This document shows positions 42,175 to 54,100 of a stretch of 64,000 bases of DNA, piece after piece. The stretch is from NCBI GenBank assembly GCA_964016885.1, contig OZ024741.1, positions 262,942,001 to 263,006,000 on the forward strand, in the 5' to 3' direction. How positions within the stretch are numbered: the stretch's first letter is position 1; each line of letters begins with the position of its first letter. Origin of the DNA: Eledone cirrhosa. Lineage: Eukaryota. A model generated the notes under the pieces. It was not told where the DNA came from. It was given only the letters and a program-made list of their open reading frames with translations, and did not search any database. The position numbers and the translations under genes are program-made.

Positions 42175-43494
42175 GTTTCGCTTTACGAGTGTTTCGACTT
42201 ACGAGTGTTTCGACATACGAGTGTTTCGACTTCCGAATGTTTTTGCTTAAGGGTGTTTCGACTTACGAATGTTTCGGCTTACGAGTGTTTCGGCTTACGA
42301 GTCTTCCGACTTAGGAGTGTTTCGGCTTACGAGTGTTTCCGGCTTACGAGTGTTTCGACTTACGAGTGTTTCGACTTTCGAGTGTTTTGACTTACGGTGT
42401 TTCGGCTTACGAGTGATTAGACTTACGAGTGTTTTGACTTACGTGTGTTTTGACTTACGGGTGTTGTGAATTACCAGTGTTCCGATTTACGAGTGTTTTG
42501 ACTTACGGTGTTTCGGCTTGCGAGTGTTTCGACTTACGAGTGTTTCGGCTTATGAGTGTTTCGACTTACTAATGTTTTTACTTACGAGTGTTTCGGCGTT
42601 CGAGTGTTTTGACTTACGAGTGTTTCGACTTACGAGTGTTTTGACTTACGAATGTTTTGACTTACGGGTGTTTCGGCTTAGGGGTGTTTCGACTTACGAG
42701 TGTTTCGACTTATGAGTGTTTCGACTTACGAGTGTTCTGACTTACGAGTGTTCTGACTTACGAGTGTTCCGACTTACGAGTGTTTCGGTTTACGAGTGTT
42801 TCGACATACGAGTGTTTTGACTTACGGGTGTTTCGACTTACGGGTGTTTCGACTTACGAGTGTTTTGGCTTACGAGTGTTTCGACTTACTAATGTTTTGA
42901 CTTACGAGTGTTTCGGTGTACGAATGTTTTGACTTAAGGATGTTTCGACTTACGAGTGTTTCGACTTACGAGTGTTTCGGCTTACGTGAGTTTCGACTTA
43001 AGAGTGTTCTGATTTACGAGTGTTCTGACTTGCGGGTGTTCTGATTTACGAGTGTTCCGACTTACGAGTGTTTCGGCTTATGAGTGTTTCGACTTACGAG
43101 TGTTTCGGCTTACGAGTGTTTCGACTTATGGGTGTTTCGACTTAAGAGTGTTTTGACTTACGGGTGTTTCGGCTTACGAGTGTTTCGACTTACGAGTGTT
43201 TCGGCTTACGAGTGTTTCGACTTACTAATGTTTTTACTTACGAGTGTTTCGGCGTACGAGAGTTTTGACTTTCGAGTGTTTCGACTTACGAGTGTTTTGA
43301 CTTACGAATGTTTTGACTTACGGGTGTTTCGGCTTATGAGTGTTTCTACTTACGAGTCTTTCGGCTTACGAGTGTTTCGACTTACTAATGTTTTTACTTA
43401 CGAGTGTTTCGGCGTACGACTGTTTCGACTTACGAGTGTTTCGACTTACGGGTGTTTTGACTTACGGGTGTTTCGGCTTACGAGTGTTTCGACT

Positions 43495-46400
43495 TACGAG
43501 TGTTTTGACTTACGGGTGTTTCGACTTACGAGTATTTTTGGCTTACGAGTGTTTCGACTTACGAGTGTTTTGACTTACGAGTGTTCTGATTTACGGATGT
43601 TTCGACATACGAGTGTTTCGGCTTACGAGTGTTTCGACTTACGAGTGTTTTGACTTACGGGTGTTTCGACTTACGAGTATTTTTGGCTTACGAGTGTTTT
43701 GACTTACGAGTGTTTCGACTTACGAGTGTTTCGACTTACGAGTGTTTCGAATTACGAGTGTTTCGACTTACGAGTGTTTTGACTTACGAGTGTTTTGACT
43801 TACGGTGTTTCTGCTTACGAGTGTTTCGACTTACGAGTGTTATGACTTACGGGTGTTTTCACATACGAGTGTTTCGACTTACGAGTGTTTTGACTTACGG
43901 GTGTTTTGACATACGAGTGTTTCGATACGAGTGTTCTGACTTACGAGTGTTCTGACTTACGAGTGTTCTGACTTACGAGTGTTTCGACATACGAGGGTTT
44001 TGACTTACGGGTGTTTCGACTTACGAGTGTTTTCACTTACGAATGTTTTGACTTACGGGTGTTTCGGCTTACGACTGTTTCGACTTACGAGTGTTTCGAC
44101 TTACGAGTGTTTCGACTTACTAATATTTTTACTTACGAGTGTTTCGGCGTACGAGAGTTTTGACTTACGAGTGTTTCGACTTACGAGTGTTTCGACTTAC
44201 GAGTATTTTGACTTACGAATGTTTTGACTTACGGGTGTTTCGGCTTACGAGTGTTTCGACTGACGAGTCTTTCGGCTTACGAGTGTTTCGACTTACTAAT
44301 GTTTTTACTTACGAGTGTTTCGGCGTACGAGTGTTTCGACTTCCGAGTGTTTCGACTTACGGGTGTTTTGACTTACGGGTGTTTCGGCTTACGAGTGTTT
44401 TGACTTACGAGTGTTTTGACTTAAGGGTGTTTCGACTTACGAGTATTTTTGGCTTACGAGTGTTTCGACTTACGAGTGTTTTGACTTACGAGTGTTCTGA
44501 TTTACGGATGTTTCGACATACGAGTGTTTTGACTTACGAGTGTTTCGACTTATGAGTGTTTCGACTTACGAGTGTTTCGACTTACGAGTGTTTCGGCTTA
44601 TGATTGTTTCGACTTACGAGTGTTTTGAATTACGGTGTTTCAGCTTACGAGTGTTTCGGCTTATGAGTGTTTTGACTTACGGGTGTTTTGACATACGAGT
44701 GTTTCGATACGAGTGTTCTGACTTACGAGTGTTCCGACTTACGAGTGTTCCGACTTACGAGTGTTTCGGCTTACGGGTGTTTCCTGCTTACGAGTGTTTC
44801 GACTTACGAGTGTTTTGACTTACGGTGTTTCGGCTTACGAGTGATTCGACTTACGAGTGTTTTGACTTACGGGTGTTTTGACTTACGGGTGTTGTGAATT
44901 ACGAGTGTTCCGATTTACGAGTGTTTTGACTTACGGTGTTTCGGCTTACCAGTGATTCGACTTACGAATGTTTTGACTTACGGGTGTTTCGGCTTGCGAG
45001 TGTTTCGACTTACGAGTGTTTCGGCTTATGAGTGTTTCGACTTACTAATGTTTTTACTTACGAGTGTTCTGACTTACGAGTGTTCCGACTTACGAGTGTT
45101 CCGACTTACGAGTGTTTCGGCTTACGAGTGTTTCTGGCTTACGAGTGTTTCGACTTACGAGTGTTTCGACTTACGAGTGTTTTGACTTACGGTGTTTCGA
45201 CTTACGAGTGATTCGACTTACTACTGTTTTTACTTACGAGTGTTTCGGCGTACGAGTGTTTTGACTTACGAGTGTTTCGACTTACGAGTGTTTCGAATTA
45301 CGAGTGTTTCGGCTTACGTGAGATTCGACTTAAGAGTGTTCTGATTTACGAGTGTTCTGACTTGCGGGTGTTCTGATTTACGAGTGTTCCGACTTACGAG
45401 TGTTTCGGCTTATGAGTGTTTCGACTTACGAGTGTTTCGGCTTACGAGTGTTTCGACTTATGGGTGTTTCGACATACGAGTGTTTTGACTTACGGGTGTT
45501 TCGACTTAAGGGTGTTTCGACTTACGAGTATTTTTGGCTTACGAGTGTTTCGACTTACGAGTGTTTTGACTTACGAGTGTTCTGATTTACGGATGTTTCG
45601 ACATACGAGTGTTTCGACTTACGAGTGTTTCGACTTATGAGTGTTTCGACTTACGAGTGTTTCGACTTACGAGTGTTTCGGCTTATGATTGTTTCGACTT
45701 ACGAGTGTTTTGACTTACGGGTGTTTTGACATACGAGTGTTTCGATACGAGTGTTCTGACTTACGAGTGTTCTGACTTACGAGTGTTTTGACTTACGAGT
45801 GTTCTGACTTACGAGTGTTCCGACATACGAGTGTTCCGACTTACGAGTGTTTCAGCTTACGAGTGTTTCCGGCTTACGAGTGTTTCGACTTACGAGTGTT
45901 TTGACTTACGGTGTTTCGGCTTACGAGTGATTCGACTTACGAGTGTTTTGACTTACGGGTGTTTTGACTTACGGGTGTTGTGAATTACGAGTGTTCCGAT
46001 TTACGAGTGTTTTGACTTACGGTGTTTCGGCTTACGAGTGATTCGACTTACGAATGTCTTGACTTACGGGTGTTTCGGCTTGCGAGTGTTTCGACTTACG
46101 AGTGTTTCGGCTTATGAGTGTTTCGACTTACGAATGTTTTTACTTACGAGTGTTCTGACTTACGAGTGTTCTGACTTACGAGTGTTCTGACTTACGAGTG
46201 TTCTGATTTACGAGTGTTCCGACTTACGAGTGTTTCGGCTTACGAGTGTTTCGGATTACGAGTGTTTCGACTTACGAGTGTTTCGACTTACGAGTGTTCC
46301 GACTTACGGGTGTTTCGACTTACGAGTTGTTTGGCTTACGGTGTTTCGGCTTACGAGTGTTTCGAGTTACGAGTGTTTTGACTTACGCGTGTTTTGACAT

Positions 46401-48655
46401 ACGAGTGTTTCGATACGAGTGTTCTGACTTACGAGTGTTTTGACTTACGAGTGTTCTGACTTACGAGTGTTCCGACTTTACAAGTGTTTCGGCTCACGAG
46501 TGTTTCGGCTTACGAGTGTTTCGACTTACGAAAATAACAAATAGACGCGGTTTCAAATTTCTATGATTTTCAAATTCATTACATTAATCTTTATTTATAC
46601 GTTTCGCTTTACGAGTGTTTCGACTTACGAGTGTTTCGACATACGAGTGTTTCGACTTCCGAATGTTTTTGGTTAAGGGTGTTTCGACTTACGAATGTTT
46701 CGGCTTACGAGTGTTTCGGCTTACGAGTCTTCCGACTTAGGAGTGTTTCGGCTTACGAGTGTTTCCGGCTTACGAGTGTTTCGACTTACGAGTGTTTCGA
46801 CTTTCGAGTGTTTTGACTTACGGTGTTTCGGCTTACGAGTGATTAGACTTACGAGTGTTTTGACTTACGTGTGTTTTGACTTACGGGTGTTGTGAATTAC
46901 CAGTGTTCCGATTTACGAGTGTTTTGACTTACGGGTGTTTCGACTTACGAGTATTTTTGGCTTACGAGTGTTTCGACTTACGAGTGTTTTGACTTACGAG
47001 TGTTCTGATTTACGGATGTTTCGACATACGAGTGTTTCGGCTTACGAGTGTTTCGACTTACGAGTGTTTTGACTTACGGGTGTTTCGACTTACGAGTATT
47101 TTTGGCTTACGAGTGTTTTGACTTACGAGTGTTTCGACTTACGAGTGTTTCGACTTACGAGTGTTTCGAATTACGAGTGTTTCGACTTACGAGTGTTTTG
47201 ACTTACGAGTGTTTTGACTTACGGTGTTTCTGCTTACGAGTGTTTCGACTTACGAGTGTTATGACTTACGGGTGTTTTCACATACGAGTGTTTCGACTTA
47301 CGAGTGTTTTGACTTACGGGTGTTTTGACATACGAGTGTTTCGATACGAGTGTTCTGACTTACGAGTGTTCTGACTTACGAGTGTTCTGACTTACGAGTG
47401 TTTCGACATACGAGGGTTTTGACTTACGGGTGTTTCGACTTACGAGTGTTTTCACTTACGAATGTTTTGACTTACGGGTGTTTCGGCTTACGAGTGTTTC
47501 GACTTACGAGTGTTTCGACTTACGAGTGTTTCGACTTACTAATATTTTTACTTACGAGTGTTTCGGCGTACGAGAGTTTTGACTTACGAGTGTTTCGACT
47601 TACGAGTGTTTCGACTTACGAGTATTTTGACTTACGAATGTTTTGACTTACGGGTGTTTCGGCTTACGAGTGTTTCGACTTACGAGTCTTTCGGCTTACG
47701 AGTGTTTCGACTTACTAATATTTTTACTTACGAGTGTTTCGGCGTACGAGTGTTTCGACTTCCGAGTGTTTCGACTTACGGGTGTTTTGACTTACGGGTG
47801 TTTCGGCTTACGAGTGTTTTGACTTACGAGTGTTTTGACTTAAGGGTGTTTCGACTTACGAGTATTTTTGGCTTACGAGTGTTTCGACTTACGAGTGTTT
47901 TGACTTACGAGTGTTCTGATTTACGGATGTTTCGACATATGAGTGTTTTGACTTACGAGTGTTTCGACTTATGAGTGTTTCGACTTACGAGTGTTTCGAC
48001 TTACGAGTGTTTCGGCTTATGATTGTTTCGACTTACGAGTGTTTTGAATTACGGTGTTTCAGCTTACGAGTGTTTCGGCTTACGAGTGTTTTGACTTACG
48101 GGTGTTTTGACATACGAGTGTTTCGATACGAGTGTTCTGACTTACGAGTGTTCTGACTTACGAGTGTTCCGACTTACGAGTGTTCCGACTTACGAGTGTT
48201 TCGGCTTATGGGTGTTTCCTGCTTACGAGTGTTTCGACTTACGAGTGTTTTGACTTACGGTGTTTCGGCTTACGAGTGATTCGACTTACGAGTGTTTTGA
48301 CTTACGGGTGTTTTGACTTACGGGTGTTGTGAATTACGAGTGTTCCGATTTACGAGTGTTTTGACTTACGGTGTTTCGGCTTACGAGTGATTCGACTTAC
48401 GAATGTTTTGACTTACGGGTGTTTCGGCTTGCGAGTGTTTCGACTTACGAGTGTTTCGGCTTATAAGTGTTTCGACTTACTAATGTTTTTACTTACGAGT
48501 GTTCTGACTTACGAGTGTTCCGACTTACGAGTGTTCCGACTTACGAGTGTTTCGGCTTACGAGTGTTTCTGGCTTACGAGTGTTTCGACTTACGAGTGTT
48601 TCGACTTACGAGTGTTTTGACTTACGGTGTTTCGACTTACGAGTGATTCGACTTA
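43495..48655 (+). repeat. ~1.7-kb block repeated at an offset of 3,419-3,435 bp (~43495-45220 and ~46914-48655)
   Basis: Offsets 43629/47048, 43979/47398, 44139/47558, 44540/47959 (+3419) and 44952/48387 (+3435). Shared rare variants TTTTGAATTACGGT and TTTCTGGCTT. Confidence 0.8.
46532..46600. repeat. 69-bp AT-rich element, copy 9, haplotype B with private flanking variants
   Basis: Same as copy 2. The flanks carry TACAAG (~46479-46484) and GGTTAAGGG (~46671), which the other copies lack. Confidence 0.95.
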
Positions 48656-51143
48656 CGAGTGTTTTGACTTACGGGTGTTTTGACTTACGGGTGTTGTGAA
48701 TTACGAGTGTTCCGATTTACGAGTGTTTTGACTTACGGTGTTTCGGCTTACGAGTGATTCGACTTACGAATGTTTTGACTTACGGGTGTTTCGGCTTGCT
48801 AGTGTTTCGACTTACGAGTGTTTCGGCTTATGAGTGTTTCGACTTACTACTGTTTTTACTTACGAGTGTTTCGGCGTACGAGTGTTTTGACTTACGAGTG
48901 TTTCGACTTACGAGTGTTTCGAATTACGAGTGTTTCGGCTTACGTGAGATTCGACTTAAGAGTGTTCTGATTTACGAGTGTTCTGACTTGCGGGTGTTCT
49001 GATTTACGAGTGTTTCGACTTACGAGTGTTTCGGCTTATGAGTGTTTCGACTTACGAGTGTTTCGGCTTACGAGTGTTTCGACTTATGGGTGTTTCGACA
49101 TACGAGTGTTTTGACTTACGGGTGTTTCGACTTACGAGTGTTTCGACTTACGAGTGTTTCGGCTTACGAGTGTTTCGACTTACGAGTGTTTCGGCTTACG
49201 AGTGTTTCGACTTACTAATGTTCTTACTTACGAGTGTTTCGGCGTACGAGAGTTTTGACTTACGAGTGTTTCGACTTACGAGTGTTTCGACTTACGAGTG
49301 TTTTGACTTACGAAAGTTTTGACTTACGGGTGTTTCGGCTTACGAGTGTTTCGACTTACGTGTCTTTCGGCTTACGAGTGTTTCGACTTACTAATGTTTT
49401 TACTTACGAGTGTTTCGGCGTACGAGTGTTTCGACTTACGAGTGTTTCGACTTACGGGTGTTTTGACTTACGGGTGTTTCGGCTTACGAGTGTTTTGACT
49501 TACGAGTGTTTTGACTTAAGGGTGTTTCGACTTACGAGTATTTTTGGCTTACGAGTGTTTCGACTTACGAGTGTTTTGACTTACGAGTGTTCTGATTTAC
49601 GGATGTTTCGACATACGAGTGTTTCGACTTACGAGTGTTTCGACTTATGAGTGTTTCGACTTACGAGTGCTTCGGCTTACGAGTGTTTCGACTTACGAGT
49701 ATTTCGTCTTAAGAGTGTTTCGACGTACGAATTTTTTGGCTTACGAGTGTTTCGGCTTATGAGTGTTTCGGCTTACGAGTGTTTCGACTTACGAGTGTTT
49801 CGGCTTACGAGTGTTTCAGTGTTTCGGCTTACGTGTGTTTCGACTTACGAGTGTTTCGACTTACGACTGTTTCGGCTTACGAGTGTTTCGGGTTACGAGT
49901 GTTTCGGCTTACGAGTGTTTTGACTTACGAGTGTTTTGACTTACGATTGTTTGGCTTACGAGTGTTCTGACTTACGGGTGTTCTGACTTACGAGTGTTCC
50001 GACTTACGAGTGTTTCGGCTTATGAGGGTTTCGACTTACGAGTGCTTCGGCTTACGAGTGTTTCGACTTACGAGTGTTTCGGATTACGAATGTTTCGACT
50101 TACGAGTGTTTCGACTTACGAGTGTTTTGACTTACGGTGTTTCGGCTTACGAGTGTTTCGACATACGAGTGTTTTGACGTACGGGTGTTTCGACTTACGG
50201 GTCTTTCGACTTAAGAGTGTTTCGACTTACGAGCGCTTCGACTTACGAGTGTTTCGACTTACGAGTGTTTCGGCGTATGAGTGTTTTGACTTACGAGTGT
50301 TTCGACTTACGAGTGTTTCGACTTACGAGTGTTTCGAATTACGAGTGTTTCGACTTACGAGTGTTTTGACTTACGAGTGTTTTGACTTACGGTGTTTCTG
50401 CTTACGAGTGTTTCGACTTACGAGTGTTATGACTTACGGGTGTTTTCACATACGAGTGTTTCGACTTACGAGTGTTTTGACTTACGGGTGTTTTGACATA
50501 CGAGTGTTTCGATAAGAGTGTTCTGACTTACGAGTGTTCTGACTTACGAGTGTTCTGACTTACGAGTGTTTCGACATACGAGGGTTTTGACTTACGGGTG
50601 TTTCGACTTACGAGTGTTTTCACTTACGAATGTTTTGACTTACGGGTGTTTCGGCTTACGAGTGTTTCGACTTACGAGTGTTTCGGCTTAAGAGTGTTTC
50701 GACTTACTAATATTTTTAATTACGACTGTTTCGGCGTACGAGAGTTTTGTCTTACGAGTGTTTCGACTTACGAGTGTTTCGACTTACGAGTATTTTGACT
50801 TACGAATGTTTTGACTTACGGGTGTTTCGGCTTACGAGTGTTTCGACTTACGAGTCTTTCGGCTTACGAGTGTTTCGACTTACTAATGTTTTTACTTACG
50901 TGTGTTTCGGCGTACGAGTGTTTCGACTTCCGAGTGTTTCGACTTACGGGTGTTTTGACTTACGGGTGTTTCGGCTTACGAGTGTTTTGACTTACGAGTG
51001 TTTTGACTTAAGGGTGTTTCGACTTACAAGTATTTTTGGCTTACGAGTGTTTCGACTTACGAGTGTTTTGACTTACGAGTGTTCTGGTTTACGGATGTTT
51101 CGACATACGAGTGTTTCGACTTACGAGTGTTTCGACTTATGAT

Positions 51144-54100
51144 TGTTTCGACTTACGAGTGTTTTGACTTACGGTGTTTCAGCTTACGAGTGTTTCGACT
51201 TACGAGTGTTTTGACTTACGGGTGTTTTGACATACGAGTGTTTCGATACGAGTGTTCTGACTTACGAGTGTTCTGACTTACGAGTGTTCTGACTTACGAG
51301 TGTTCCGACTTACGAGTGTTCCGACTTACGAGTGTTTCGGCTTACGAGTGTTTCCGGCTTACGAGTGTTTCGACTTACGAGTGTTTCGACTTACGGGTGT
51401 TGTGAATTACGAGTGTTCCGATTTACGAGTGTTTTGACTTACGGTGTTTCGGCTTACGAGTGATTCGACTTACGAGTGTTTCGGCTTATGAGTGTTTCGA
51501 CTTACTACTGTTTTTACTTACGAGTGTTTCGGCGTACGAGTGTTTTGACTTACGAGTGTTTCGACTTACGAGTGTTTCGAATTACGAGTGTTTCGGCTTA
51601 CGTGAGTTTCGACTTAAGAGTGTTCTGATTTACGAGTGTTCTGACTTGCGGGTGTTCTGATTTACGAGTGTTCCGACTCACGAGTGTTTCGGCTTATGAG
51701 TGTTTCGACTTACGAGTGTTTCGGCTTACGAGTGTTTCGACTTATGGGTGTTTCGACATACGAGTGTTTTGACTTACGGGTGTTTCGACTTACGAGTGTT
51801 TCGGCTTACGAGTGTTTCGACTTACTAATGTTCTTACTTACGAGTGTTTCGGCGTACGAGAGTTTTGACTTACGAGTGTTTCGACTTACGAGTGTTTCGA
51901 CTTACGAGTGTTTTGACTTACGAAAGTTTTGACCTACGGGTGTTTCGGCTTACGAGTGTTTCGACTTACGAGTCTTTCGGCTTACGAGTGTTTCGGCGTA
52001 CGAGTGTTTCGACTTACGAGTGTTTCGACTTACGGGTGTTTTCACTTACGGGTGTTTCGGCTTACGAGTGTTTCGGCTTATGATTGTTTCGACTTACGAG
52101 TGTTTTGACTTACGGTGTTTCAGCTTACGAGTGTTTCGACTTACGAGTGTTTTGACTTACGGGTGTTTTGACATACGAGTGTTTCGATACGTGTGTTCTG
52201 ACTTACGAGTGTTCTGACTTACGAGTGTTTTGACTTACGAGTGTTCTGACTTACGAGTGTTCCGACTTACGAGTGTTCCGACTTACGAGTGTTTCGGCTT
52301 ACGAGTGTTTCCGGCTTACCAGTGTTTCGACTTACGAGTGTTTTGACTTACGGTGTTTCGGCTTACGAGTGTTTCGACTTACTAATGTTTTTACTTACGA
52401 GTGTTTCGGCGTACGAGAGTTTTGACTTACGAGTGTTTCGACTTACGAGTGTTTTGACTTACGAATGTTTTGACTTACGGGTGTTTCGGCTTATGAGTGT
52501 TTCGACTTACGAGTCTTTCGGCTTACGAGTGTTTCGACTTACTAATGTTTTTACTTACGAGTGTTTCGGCGTACGACTGTTTCGACTTACGAGTGTTTCG
52601 ACTTACGGGTGTTTTGACTTACGGGTGTTTCGGCTTACGAGTGTTTCGACTTACGAGTGTTTTGACTTACGAGTGTTCTGATTTACGGATGTTTCGACAT
52701 ACGAGTGTTTCGACTTACGAGTGTTTCGACTTATGAGTGTTTCGACTTACGAGTGTTTCGGCTTACGAGTGTTTCGACTTACGAGTGTCTTGACTTACGG
52801 TGTTTCGGCTTACGAGTGATTCGACTTACGAGTGTTTTGACTTACGGGTGATTTGACTTACGGGTGTTGTGAATTACGAGTGTTCCGATTTACGAGTGTT
52901 TTGACTTACGATGTTTCGGCTTACGAGTGATTCGACTTACGAATGTTTCGGCTTATGGGTGTTTCGACTTACTAATATTTTTACTTACGAGTGTTTCGGC
53001 GTACGAGTGTTTTGACTTGCGAGTGTTTCGACTTACGGGTGTTTCGACTTACGAGTGTTTCGGCTTACGTGAGTTTCGACTTAAGAGTGTTCTGATTTAC
53101 GAGTGTTCTGACTTGCGGGTGTTCTGATTTACAAGTGTTCCGACTTACGAGTGTTTCGGCTTATTAGTGTTTCGACTTACGAGTGTTTCGGCTTACGAGT
53201 GTTTCGACTTATGGGTGTTTCGACTTACGAATGTTTTGAATTACGGGTGTTTCGGCTTACGAGTGTTTCGACTTACGAGTGTTTCGGCTTACGAGTGTTT
53301 CGACTTACTAATGTTCTCACTTACGAGTGTTTCGGCGTACGAGAGTTTTGACTTACGAGTGTTTCGACTTACGAGTGTTTCGACTTACGAGTGTTTTGAC
53401 TTACGAATGTTTTGACTTACGGGTGTTTCGGCTTACGAGTGTTTCGACTTACGAGTCTTTCGGCTTACGAGTGTTTCGACTTACTAATGTTTTTACTTAC
53501 GAGTGTTTCGGCGTACGAGTGTTTCGACTTACGAGTGTTTCGACTTACGGGTGTTTTGACTTACGGGTGTTTCGGCTTACGAGTGTTTTGACTTACGAGT
53601 GTTTTGACTTAAGGGTGTTTCGACTTACGAGTATTTTTGGCTTACGAGTGTTTCGAATTACGAGTGTTTTGACTTACGAGCGTTCTGATTTACGGATGTT
53701 TCGACATACGAGTGTTTCGACTTACGAGTGTTTCGACTTATGAGTGTTTCGACTTACGAGTGTTTCGGCTTATGAGTGTTTCGACTTACGAGTGCTTCGG
53801 CTTACGAGTGTTTCGACTTACGAGTATTTCGGCTTAAGAGTGTTTCGACGTACGAATGTTTTGGCTTACGAGTGTTTCGGCTTATGAGTGTTTCGGCTTA
53901 CGAGTGTTTCGACTTACGAGTGTTTCGGCTTACGAGTGTTTCAGTGTTTCGGCTTACGTGTGTTTTGACTTACGAGTGTTTCGACTTACGACTGTTTCGG
54001 CTTACGAGTGTTTCGGCTTACGAGTGTTTCGGCTTACGAGTGTTTTGACTTACGAGTGTTTTGACTTACGATTGTTTGGCTTACGAGTGTTCTGACTTAC

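Larger units (their letters stand above)
8170..42737 (+). repeat. ~13.97-kb higher-order repeat (13,966/13,982 bp), ~2.5 near-identical tandem copies
   Basis: ORF offsets 8393/22359/36341, 12420/26386/40368 and 15164/29130. AT-element offsets 14158/28124/42106 and 10772/24738/38720. Confidence 0.92.
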
